Positions 37,100 through 47,999 of a stretch of 64,000 nt of DNA are shown piece by piece. The position numbers were made by a program, and so were the translations under genes. The stretch spans positions 6,882,001 to 6,946,000 of the forward strand of contig CM060733.1 in assembly GCA_030704615.1 (NCBI GenBank). The letters are read 5' to 3'. The notes beneath the pieces are model-generated. The model saw only the letters and a list, made by a program, of their open reading frames with translations. It made no database searches and was not told where the DNA came from. Numbering within the stretch: the stretch's first letter is position 1; each line of letters starts with the position of its first letter. The DNA is from Takakia lepidozioides (taxonomy: Eukaryota > Plantae > Bryophyta).

Positions 37100-39190
37100 A
37101 TTTGCCCCTAGGTCTCCAAAGCCTCCATCACGCGCCCTTGTTGTGCATATCCTACAATCATCACACTCCACAACACCACATGTCGTTCAACTATATTGTC
37201 GAACACTCCTTTTGCATCCTCAATGCACCCACATTTGGCATACATGTCCGCCAGGGCAGTGTTCAGAATGACAGGTGCAATTCCAGATTTGATGATGCCA
37301 CCACAGGTGCCCTTTTCCAGGCCTACCAGCTTGCACAAGCATTGCAAACACACAAACGTGATCTGGTTACACTTCACCCCTTCCCCCATCATTTGCTCAT
37401 AGGTCTCCAAGGCTTCCATCTCGCACCCCTGCTGTGCATATCCTGCAAGCACGGCATTCCATGACACCATATCTTGTTCAGCCATACTATCGAACACTCC
37501 CTTTGCATCCTCGATGCACCCACTGTTCAGAAGGACATGGGGTACAATCCAGCTTTGGCAATGTCACCATGGACCTCTTTATCCTTTTCCAGGGCTACCA
37601 GGCTTGCACATGCATATACCAAGTCCATGCTGTGCATACCCTGCAAGCATTGCGTTCCACGAGACCACATCTCGTTCAGCCATAGACTTGTTGAAAACTC
37701 CCTTCGCATCCTTAAGGCACCCACATTTCGCATACATGTCCACCAAGGCAGTGTTCAGAATGACATCTGGTACAATTCCAGCTTTGACGAGGTCACCATG
37801 GACCTTTTTCCCATTTTCCAGAGCTCCCCTGCTTACACATGCATTGCAAACACAAACAAATGTGATGTGGTTGGGCTTCACCCCTTTGCGTAGCATTTGC
37901 TCAGAGGTCTCCAAAAGCATTCATACCACACCCAGGCTTGGTAAATCCTGCCAACGTTATATTCCACGTGATCAAAGATCGTTGAGGCATTCTGTTGAAC
38001 ACTTGGTGAGCATCCATGATGCTCCCACACTTAACATACATGTTGACAAGGGTGTTGAGTAGAAAAACATTTGGTGTGAATCTACTTTAGATAATGTGAG
38101 TGTGCACCTACTTTCCAGCTTCCAGACATTTTATCTTGATGCACTTGATGACATACGTACTTGAATCTGCTGAAATGCCTCTTTGATTTAAAGTCTGTAG
38201 AGCCTATGTCAATCTGCCTGCCTCACAAAGCATCTTCACATGCCCAGAAGTGCCAGAAGAGGCATTGTGGACTTCCTCTTTCAGAAGCTGTGGTCATGGT
38301 TGAAGTGCCTGGTTTACCAACTGTGCCGCTGCAGCTACTGCCTTTAGTTGACCATCTACCCATGTAGGTTTCTTGTAGCTATTGATCCACAGGGAATCAT
38401 AGGTAATCTTGAGCTTGAAATCTGGCCCTCTTGGATGAATCTGGACCCACACTCTATCCCTGCACCTTCAGCTATCTTGCAAATAGTGCATTCATCATTG
38501 CCTTGCTGCTAACTAACAATGACAGCCTAGATTTGTTCTAGGAAACACCCAACTCAGCTTATCACACTAGTTCTTATGCTCAATTGCATCTGCTATTCTC
38601 TGTAATCCCATAGGCATTCACCTTTTTGCCTCGATTGTCCCACCATTGATGACAGTTTATCCTCGTCTCTGTTACCTGTTTCTGGATACTTTCATATTGT
38701 CACATTGGCCGTATCATGTTAGTCACTCCAAACTATCAAAGGTTCACTCAACCAGCTAACTTGCAGAATTCAACATGAAATTTAGGGACAACTATGATAG
38801 CAGGGAAAAACAGGGTGAAATGTGGTGAAGAAGATCCCTTGATTACCAGTGCCTGATTTTATCAGTGCAGCTAAGTGGGCAGAGATTGAAACACGGCCTG
38901 CTAAGATGCTATTAAATTTGGCGTGAATCCACTTTGAATAATGTGAGTGTGCACCTACTTTCCAGCTTCCAGACCTTCCATAATTGCATCTTGTTGCACT
39001 TAAGCAAGAGACAGACATACATATCTGAATCTGCTGAAATGCCTCCTTGGTTTAGAGTCTGTAGAGCCTCTGTCAGGCTGCCTGCCGCACAAAGTATCTT
39101 CACATGCCGCAAGGATGTCTGCATGATTTGTGCAGAGGCATGGATAGCTGAAGGAGCAGGGATAGAGTGTGGGTCCAGATTCATCCAAGA
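37100..39190 (-). pseudogene. PLS-class pentatricopeptide repeat (PPR) pseudogene with a duplicated 5' part
   Basis: LNTALVDMYAKCGCLKDAKGVF, RDVVSWNAMLAGYAQHG, GVKPNHITFVCV and GKKVHGDLVKAG; multiple frameshifts; no E/DYW domain seen. Confidence 0.88.
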
Positions 39191-39749
39191 GGGCTGGACT
39201 TCAAGCTCCAGATTACCTTGATTCCAGGTGGATCAGTAGCTACAAGAAACCTGCATGGGTAGATGGTCAACTAAAGGCAGCAGCTGCAGCGGCACAGTTG
39301 ATAAAATCAGGCACCTCAACCATGACCACAACTTTTGAAATTAGAGGATCAAGAGAGGGAGTCCACAATGCCCTAGATTTATTCTATGAAACACCCAACT
39401 CAGCTTATTACACTAATTCCTATGCTGAATTGCATCTGCTATTCTCCTGTAATCTAACAGGCAATCACTAGGACAACACCAAAAATGAGGATAGACTATG
39501 GTCTGCCATTCCATCTTCACACACCTCCACGTTCACCGCAGCAGATCTCTCGGCCTTATCCCTTATAAACTGAATCTGATTCTGATTGAGGGATGATCCA
39601 ATCCCCAGGACAAGCACTGTTCACTCCTTCACAAGCCCATGCTAGGAATCAGCGTCCCCATATCTACTGACTCGTCCTTAAGTCTCTTAGAGCAGACAAC
39701 ATATAAGCGTGAACAGAGAGCCGGACCACCACTTGCATTGTACAACTGC

Positions 39750-40783
39750 TAACGTTCTGGCTGCAGTAGTCCTCAACCTTGATGATCCGGCTGCGTGGAC
39801 ACAAGCATGTGCCCAACGGGCAGAGTTGTTCAAGAGAGTCATGCCTATTGCTTTTGATTATCTTGCTATTGCCCAACACCGAGACACATTGAGGTGTGCC
39901 ACTATACGTGGAGGGGGATATCGGCCAGGTGTTCGGCGTTTCCACCCTGGGGACTATGTGTATCTGCAGCAGACAGCGCCTAAGACCTTGGATATCGCAA
40001 CAGGACATGTGATTCTAAGGGTCAGGGAGGTGTTGCCTTCAGGAGTGTTGATTCTGGAGGGTCGAGATGGCATGGTATGCAAGGACCATGTACGCAATTG
40101 TGCGCCATGTCACCTTCCATATGTGGATGGGAGGATAGATCCCAACCTTGCAGTGGTACCTGCAGGGTTGCGTTGTATGCTATGTGGGCATGCGCGTGGT
40201 GCCGCCACTATGTTGGCGTGTGATCGATGCTCAAGATGTTGGCATATAGGATGCCTGACACCACCTCTTGAGAGGGTTCCTGATGGAGATTGGTTATGTC
40301 CACACTGCTTGGAATAGTGGTAGTGGATATGACTAGTGACAGCTAAGAAGACATGGGAGGCCAAGCTCATAGAAGTCAATACCCGATCTCAGGCTCAAGT
40401 TCATAGGTTGCAAGATGGCGACTAACGATGAGGCAACTCTTGTACCCGGCCTCTTGATCTATCGAGTTGAGTGTAGTAGGGACAGTGGTGGAGGACTTAG
40501 TGAGGTTATGGCCACTATCACATCTTATGGCTACCTGGACTTAGAGGGACCTAAGCGCCAGCTAGGGGGGCGATTGTGATGGACTAGTGGCGGCCTAGTG
40601 ATGGACTAGTGGCTGCACTAGTGGTGGCTAGTGGCAGCCTAGTGGTTGGACTAGTGGCTGCACGAGTGGTGGCTAGTGGCAGCCTAGTGGTGGACTAGTG
40701 ATAGACTAGTGTTTGGTGTGCATATGTGTTGTGTGGTTTTTGGACAGCGATGTAGTTGTGTAGCGATATGTATGCGCACGACA
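39750..40783 (+). mobile_element. 5'-truncated Ty3/gypsy element: integrase C-terminus with PHD finger, PPT and 3' LTR (40575-40783)
   Basis: ORF 39709-40317 ends CMLC...MLACDRCSRCWHIGCLTPPLERVPDGDWLCPHC (C4HC3 PHD). PPT AGGGGGG precedes the LTR. Confidence 0.85.
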
Positions 40784-41080
40784 GCTGTAAAATTATTTTA
40801 CCACTAGTGTGAAGTTAGCTAGGAAATAGCTAGCTTTTATATATTAACATTTGGGATTAACACAAGTGTGGGCACCTGACATTGTTATCTTCACAGCAGA
40901 TCGCGGTGGGCTCATCTTTCTCGAGTTGAGCCTCACCGCATCTAGCTATGGCGCTGTAGTGTGGATTCCCCATGGCATGGGGTACACTTGGCTCACCCTA
41001 ATAAATGAGTGATGTTTTCATGTGCAAGTATGTGAGTTTGAGAAAGCTTGTGTGTTTGTATCATTTCTTTCTTTATCTAT

Positions 41081-41332
41081 TGTGATGGACTAGTGGCGGC
41101 CTAGTGATGGACTAATGGCTGCACTAGTGGTGGCTAGTGGCAGCCTAGTGGTGGACTATTGGCTGCACGAGTGGTGGCTAGTGGCAGTCTAGTGGTGGAC
41201 TAGTGGTTGTCTAGTGGCAGCCTAATGGTGCACTAGTGGTGGACTAGTGATAGACTAGTGTTTGGTGTGCACATGTGTTGTGTGGTTTTTGGACAGTGAT
41301 GTAGTTGTGTAGCAATATGTATGCGCACGACA
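41081..41332 (+). mobile_element. Solo LTR of the PHD-gypsy family
   Basis: TGTGATGGACTAGT...GCGCACGACA with no internal region; the flanks TCTAT and AACCA do not match. Confidence 0.8.
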
Positions 41333-41499
41333 AACCAATGTATTGCAAGTTTTCAATTGATGGATTAAAACGTTGAATGGAATAAGGTTGGATTTCAAAT
41401 AAATATGTGAATTATGTTTCAAAATATTTAGGGATCATTCCGAAAGGTTCATATAACAACCAAATATTGTGGAAGAGTGTCATGTAGATTCAGCTATAA

Positions 41500-42300
41500 A
41501 GTCAATGAACCAAGCTGGAATTAGGTTTTAGGTTATAGAGTTTGCTAGGGTACATTGAAACATAGTACTTGGTATGAATGGAAAAAAAAAATATGGGAAA
41601 GTGTACCGATGACTTGGCACCTATGAAAATTTGTTAATGAAATATCCCAACCACAGACTATATTCAAATTTCTATGAGGAATGTGAATTCGACCGTACCC
41701 AAAATTGCAAGTAATAAATAAATAAGCATCAAACATTGAAATTAGGTTTTAGGATATAGAGTTTGCGAGGGTACTAACCATAGTACTCAGTATGAATGGA
41801 AAAGAAAATATTGGGAATGGTACAGATGACTTGTCACCTATGATTTAGGGTTTAGGGAATAAAATTTCCCAACCACAGATTGTATCTAATCTATGAAGAA
41901 TGTGCATCAAACAATGGAGTTAAGTTTAAGGGTTTAGGGTTTAGGGTTTAGACAACTATAAATGGACAAACAATTATGGAATGTGTCTTTACGTGGAGGT
42001 CGTACAACAATTCAGGAAATATCCCCTCCACTTCGACCGCACCCAAAACTGGGAGCAATAAATTAAATAGGCATCAGACATTGGAATTAGGTTTTAGGGT
42101 ACGGAGTTGAGTAGTGTAGTAAACATACTACTGGATATGAATGGACCAAAAAATCTGGGAAAGTGTACAAGTGACTTGTCACCTAAGAAATTAGACTTGA
42201 ATGAAATATCCCAAGGGCCATTCTATTATGCCCAACCTTGTAACCCTTGAAGAATGCGCATCAAACATTTGAATTAGGTTTAGGATATATGGTTTAAGGT
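41500..42300 (-). repeat. Tandem repeats with TTTAGGG telomere-like motifs downstream of Sola-like copy 2
   Basis: AATTAGGTTTTAGG-type unit at about 41517, 41738, 42083 and 42270; GGGTTTAGGGTTTAGGGTTTAG at about 41930-41951. Confidence 0.75.
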
Positions 42301-42997
42301 GAGGACAACGTAAGGAGGCCCCAGAAGTATTGTCTTTAGAAGGTCCTAATAAGATAAACAGACCCAAGATAAATTGACGTGAGATGACACGGAATAACGG
42401 GTGGCAAAGCAAGGTTCATGACTGATTAGTGACGAAGAAAATTGAGAAGAATCTTAAGATAATCCGAAAAGACAATAAAAGAAATGTAACTTTATAATTG
42501 AAGCCAGACTTACAGAAAGCTATTGACGAGTAATGGGAGAAGATTCACAAGATTCAGAAGCAGTAAACCGCGAGAAAGCCTGTCCATTGAAGCGATAACT
42601 TTCACAAATTGCCATGCGGTTTATACTCAGGACATTTTCTAAACCAATCATATTGAGCCCAACATACGACCATGTGGACCGAGAATGAAGGAGATGGGCG
42701 AATTTGTTGAGGATAAGACACTTTGGTGAGAACCAGAGAACCAAAAGAAATGGGTGTAATGTGAGAGATGAACTGCAAAGAGAAGGAAACAGTGACATCA
42801 TAAAAGCTAGGAACTCCGGATGATCACTTGAGGTTCCTGAAACATTACAGAGATGAGGTCCGGAAAAAACTGGTGGCTGGCAAAAAAGGTAGATTAATAT
42901 TTGAACACGTGAAGAGAAACAAATGGAGAGTGGAGGTAAAACATTAGTTTTATTCTTGAAAACATGTCGAGGAGTGAACCTCCACAATATGTCCTTG

Positions 42998-43808
42998 TCA
43001 ACCTTGTTCTCCGCCAGAGGTTGCATTGTCTTCATTGTCTGACTGTTGATTGGTCTCATCCAAATTTGCTCGTGCTTTCTCCGCCTCCACCGCGGTAATT
43101 TTTTTAGAGCTATTACGTATCGTGTTTTTTCTGGCGGGCATTGTCCAAACGACAGAGTTAATGTGAATCCACTGAGGGGGATCATCTAGATTGAACTCTC
43201 CAACTTTGGACCAACAATCTCTGTACCTGTCCAAATCGGAAGAGCTACCTTCTTTCTTGGGTCTTTACCATTGGACGTGAATCTTCTTAAAGTTCTTGGA
43301 TCCTCTGTCGCGGACCACATCCGATATTGTCATCCCCATCCAGACTGGAAACGTCACAGTATCTACTGGTCGAACCAAGATGAAGAATCCGTTCTTAATA
43401 TCCTTGAACGGATTTAGAGGCTGCTTCGGTCTATCACACCAGGGGCCACAATACGGTTCCAGGACTTCATCTTCTTCCGACAGATCATCATCTGCAGGTG
43501 TATGGATTCCAGCTCAGTGGTGGTTGACAGCCTACTTGGTTGAGGGCCAAAAATCCTCTTTTAGCGCGATTGAATATCGTGATTATCCAGGAATGGGAAG
43601 ATCAAGTTTTGCAAGGATTGCTTTCCAGTATTGATCATACTACTGTATCATGATGTCACGATAATGATCGTTAAACAACATCCCCTTCTTCCAGAACTCC
43701 CTGTATTTTTTAATTCCAGTTTTGATAAAAGACTGTTTATCGGATGAGTCATCTGCCACACCCCAAATTGGTGTTTTTTTTACAGCCCTGGGTTGTACTG
43801 CTACAGGC
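42998..43808 (-). pseudogene. Sola-like transposase copy 2, 3' part (displaced by LTR insertion)
   Basis: Minus strand PIWGVADDSSDKQSFIKTGIKKYREFWK and RYRDCWSK...KARANL align to copy 1 positions 3570-4300. Confidence 0.85.
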
Positions 43809-44495
43809 TGTCAAGGACGGGAACATGACTGAACACAAACAAGAGATAAAACTAGAGGTACAATGCTAGATAAGAAGTCAAGGTCGGCGTGGCCGAATGC
43901 ATGATGAGTAAATATGATTCAATGCGATCTTTATAACAATGAACAAGAGTACAAGATATTGGAACACGACTTGAATACTGGAATGCTGGAAACTGGACTG
44001 GAGTACCAGATACTGGAAACTGGGCTAGAGTACTGGGAATTGGAAACAAGAGTAGCTTGAACTGGTGCTGGTGAGACTGAAGAGTGTCCAGTCTCGCCTC
44101 CTATATATACTGAGTACTAAGAAGCTTCCACAAGAAGCTTCCCCTATGGAGGTTTCTTGCTGGAGAAGTTTCCAAGATTAAACAAAGGTTTCTTGATGGA
44201 CAAGCTTCCTTAAACAAAGGAGGTATCTTGATGGAGAAGTTTCCTGCAAATGAAGCTTCCTGAGTAGTTTCCCAAGTTACTCTTGGTAATTTGGTAAACT
44301 CCCGATAACTTGATAAGTAATGGTAAATCATGGTAGATCATGGTAAATCACGATAAGTCATGGTAATATTTGGTAACTTGGTAACTTTGTAACTTCTGGT
44401 ATTTACTCCTGGTGAGTTCTTCTGGGCTATGTCCGTGACACCACCCCCTCCTCTAGCGCCGAGTTCCTCGATAAGCGGTAAAATCTTGGACTTGC

Positions 44496-45005
44496 TTAAA
44501 GTTGGAGAAAATCCAAAATCCGACGAATGGTACTTGCCAAGTATTCGGCTCTTTGTTCTTGACTCAAATGATTTATAGGTCCCTGCAACCATCGATAGTG
44601 TCCAACACCTTGAACTTGGGACCACGCAGTGATTTGAGCATTCTGATTTTCGAAGCTGCCTTCAAACATGATTTCGTTGCCCTCTCGGTCCAAAGCCTCA
44701 ACCTCCAACATAATTATCATACTTCGAGTAGGCTCCACTTGCCGTTGTACGGGGTTCAGACAAGGAAGTACGCGTCGTATTGGTGGCTCATCGTCTCGAG
44801 AGCGTCGGCGTGATGTTGAAGGTCGTGAGAGTCGGAATGGCTGATCTGGTAGCTGGGTAAGCGACAACTCCAATGTATCTGGTTCCTGTGACTCCATACT
44901 GCCAATACAAGATGCAAGAGTGTTGGAAGTGTAGCTATATATACTGATGTGTGGTGCTTCTCCCTCCTTAGCGTGTATCAGGTACATTGAATGTGAAGTC
45001 TTCAC
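44496..45005 (-). CDS. Extra ORF of unknown function between the chromodomain and PPT of the outer gypsy element
   Basis: Uninterrupted 169-codon frame (MESQEPDTLEL...RRILDFLQL from the internal Met), in sense with pol. Confidence 0.4.
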   Translation of the reverse strand: MKTSHSMYLIHAKEGEAPHISIYSYTSNTLASCIGSMESQEPDTLELSLTQLPDQPFRLSRPSTSRRRSRDDEPPIRRVLPCLNPVQRQVEPTRSMIIMLEVEALDREGNEIMFEGSFENQNAQITAWSQVQGVGHYRWLQGPINHLSQEQRAEYLASTIRRILDFLQL

Positions 45006-45091
45006 CTTGAAGCTAACTTGGCTAACATCATCGTTGTGACGTCTTATTGATGTGTAGCTCGGGGCTTAGCTGGATATCGTTGATGAAACTC

Positions 45092-46380
45092 TTAGACTTT
45101 GTCAGATGCATTGACGAGGTTGGATGAAGGTTCCCACGTTCGTTCGCTGATGTCGTAGCCTTTCCAATGTACGAAATACTCAAGACGTTTATACTTGATG
45201 CCATAGTCGAGGACTTCGTCGACTTCATACTCAAGTTCTTGATTGACTTCGATTGGTGGAGATGGTACGGAGATTTTCCCTGGAATATTCGATGGATGAT
45301 ACAACTCCAATAATGAAACATGAAAGACTGGATGGATGCACATACTTCGTAGGAGTTCAAGCCGAAAACTGACCGGATTTATTTGTCGAATAATTTTGAA
45401 TGGTCCCAGGCGTTGATAATCCAACTTTCTTGATGGTCGCGAGGTTTGTATGTCTCGTCGAAGAAGCCACACACGATCTCCGACCTTGAACTGGGGTTGG
45501 AGTTGGCGACGTTGATCTGCATACTCCTTGTATTGTTTTTGAGCTTCTGCGAGGTGGGATGTAAGCTCCTTGTGAATCATAACTAGATGAGTAGCAAGGT
45601 TTTCTGCAGCAGGGCTTCCAATAGTTTTCATGTGGAAAGGGTTTGCTCGAGGATGATGACCATAATTGGAGAAAAATGGAGTTTGTTTGGTCGAAGAATG
45701 TATAGTGTTGTTGTAGGCAACTCAGCCAATGACATAGCTCCAAAATCTAGTTTACACGTTCGGTTTGACTATCAGTCTGTGGATGATTAGCTGTAGAGAG
45801 GTTGATCTTAGTATCCAATATGTGAAATAATCCCCTCAAAAAATTTGATATGAACTGTGGTCCTCGATCAGATACGATGTCCTTCGGGAGTCCATGAATG
45901 CGGTAGATATTATTGAGGAAGAGTCTTGCAGTTTTCTCGCCGGTAACCGTCTTATTACATGGAATGAAATGTGTCATCTTCATAAAACGATCTACAATAA
46001 CAAGGATTGAATCGGTGGTCTTGGAAATTGGAAGGTCCGTAATAAAGTCCATAGACACGGACGACCATGGGCCCTCGGGAATGGGTAACGGTTGAAGAAG
46101 GCCGTAAGATCGATGTCGTGGTCCCTTCGCTCTAGCACACGTGTCACAAGATTTTATGAATTCTTTCACGAGTTTTCATATCTGCGGCCACCAATAATCC
46201 CTGGATATCAACTCCAATGTTTTGTTAAAGCCAAAATGTCCTGCAGCCGGAAGATCATGACATGTTTGAAGAATTTGAAGTCGTGTAGGTCCTGGAGGTA
46301 CATAGAGAAGTCTTTTGAAGTAAAGTAAGCCATCTTTGAATTCAAAGTCGTTTGCGCTGTACGATAAATTATCACCAAGA
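45092..46380 (-). pseudogene. Outer gypsy integrase and chromodomain
   Basis: HDLPAAGHFG...CDTC zinc finger, SMDFITDLP, IVSDRGPQF, HPQTDSQTERVN, RLGPFKI, HPVFHVSLL and a chromodomain. Confidence 0.9.
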
Positions 46381-47193
46381 TAATTCGACGGACCTTCAAG
46401 TAAAAAATTTTCCCGTCTTCTTCGTGCATGCAATGAGGGATTCTTCCGTGGGCTGCTAGTATCGCTGGTGCTCGTACCGACACTCTTCTTAGCAACTGGT
46501 GGCACCTTTGTGATGAAAACTCACACTCAAACCGGCTATCAGCTTGTCTCTAATCCCCCTTTCCACGAGGTAACCGGGTAGAGAACATGTTGCGGCTTAT
46601 GGTTTGGAATACTATGTTCCTATTCTGAACCTACACCTGCACCTGCATCCACCGCAGGCACTCCTATGGTCTGCTGGTCATCAACCCAACCTCACCATAA
46701 GATAAACAATGATGGTCTACTAGCCTCACCACCGACAACACGCTCTAGGATTGGCCAGCCACAATATTTCCGGCACAACCACCTATAAAAGCAAGTGCCC
46801 AAACCAAACTAGCATGGCGCACAGTCAAGCATGCATGTGTGGGAGGAGGATCCAAACACATGAAACTCAAACAACAACACCTCCCACAGCTTAAATCAAT
46901 CGATCTCCTTGCGGCTTCAATAAACCTGCAAGATGGCAAAGTCTCTATCCAAACTAGCTCTGCCTCCGCTTACGGAAAAACTTTGGCCTACAAGAATGAT
47001 GGAAGACTATAGAGAAGGGAAGCTAAAGCAATCTCTAAGCCCAGAATGCTCTTATCCCATTACTCCCCCTATCTTCATACTCACTCTTGCTCAAGCAATA
47101 GATAAGACTATCCTTAAAGAACCTCTCAAATCACTCTCAAGAGCCCTCAAATTATTGCCTTGAACTTCTGAAATCAGCCCTCAATCAGCCCTC

Positions 47194-47998
47194 ATCATCG
47201 AGTGGATTAAACCAACTTCGGTCCGAGATGTACAATGTTTTCTGGGCTTTGCAAATTTTTATAGAATCTTCATCAATGACTACTCCAAAATTGCTACATT
47301 GTTGACACGACTCACATGGAAAGACAAATTTGTATGGGACGAGAAGGCTGACCAGGCATTTGAAATGCTCAAGCAGGCATTTACAACGGCTCCAATACTG
47401 GTACATGCAGACCCATCTAAACCATTCTTCTTAGAAGCAGATGCTTCAGACTTTGCACTTGGCGCTGTACTCTCGCAATACGGTACAGATGGCCGATTCC
47501 ACCCTGTTGGTTTTCGTTCTCACAAATTTTCCGCTGCGGAGATCAATTATGAAATCCATGACAAAGAACTTCTAGCGATTATCGATGCTTTTGAGGAGTG
47601 ACGACATCTATTGGAGGGAACTAAACATCGGGTCACTGTCTACACCGATCATAAAAACCTCGAATATTTTATGAGTGCTCATGTTTTTGAATCGACGTCA
47701 AGCGAGATGGAGTATGTCACTAGCAAGGTTTGATTTTGTTATTACCTACCGTCCCGGACATCTTCAAGGAAAACCAGATGCTCTTTCTCGACGATCGTAT
47801 CTTGCGTAAAAAAAATGGGATGCAGTTTTTGACCAACAAAAATCCATTATCTTGAAACCAACAAATCTCCAATTGAATATGCTATCTATGTCCACCTATG
47901 ACGATGCAGAGATTATAAAGGACATTCAGGAAGCATTGAAGAGCGACCATTTTGCTACGACACTACGAAGTCAACTAAATCAACCTCGAGACAACCCA
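47194..47998 (+). pseudogene. Inverted RT-connection/RNase H segment of the outer gypsy element
   Basis: Plus strand EWIKPTSVRDVQCFLGFANFY, EADASDFALGAVLSQ, NYEIHDKELLAI and TDHKNL; opposite orientation to the flanking pol. Confidence 0.85.
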
Positions 47999-47999
47999 C

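Noticed and set aside
41925-41955. True telomere or chromosome fusion site
   Set aside because: Only about three perfect TTTAGGG units, embedded in transposon-associated tandem repeats.
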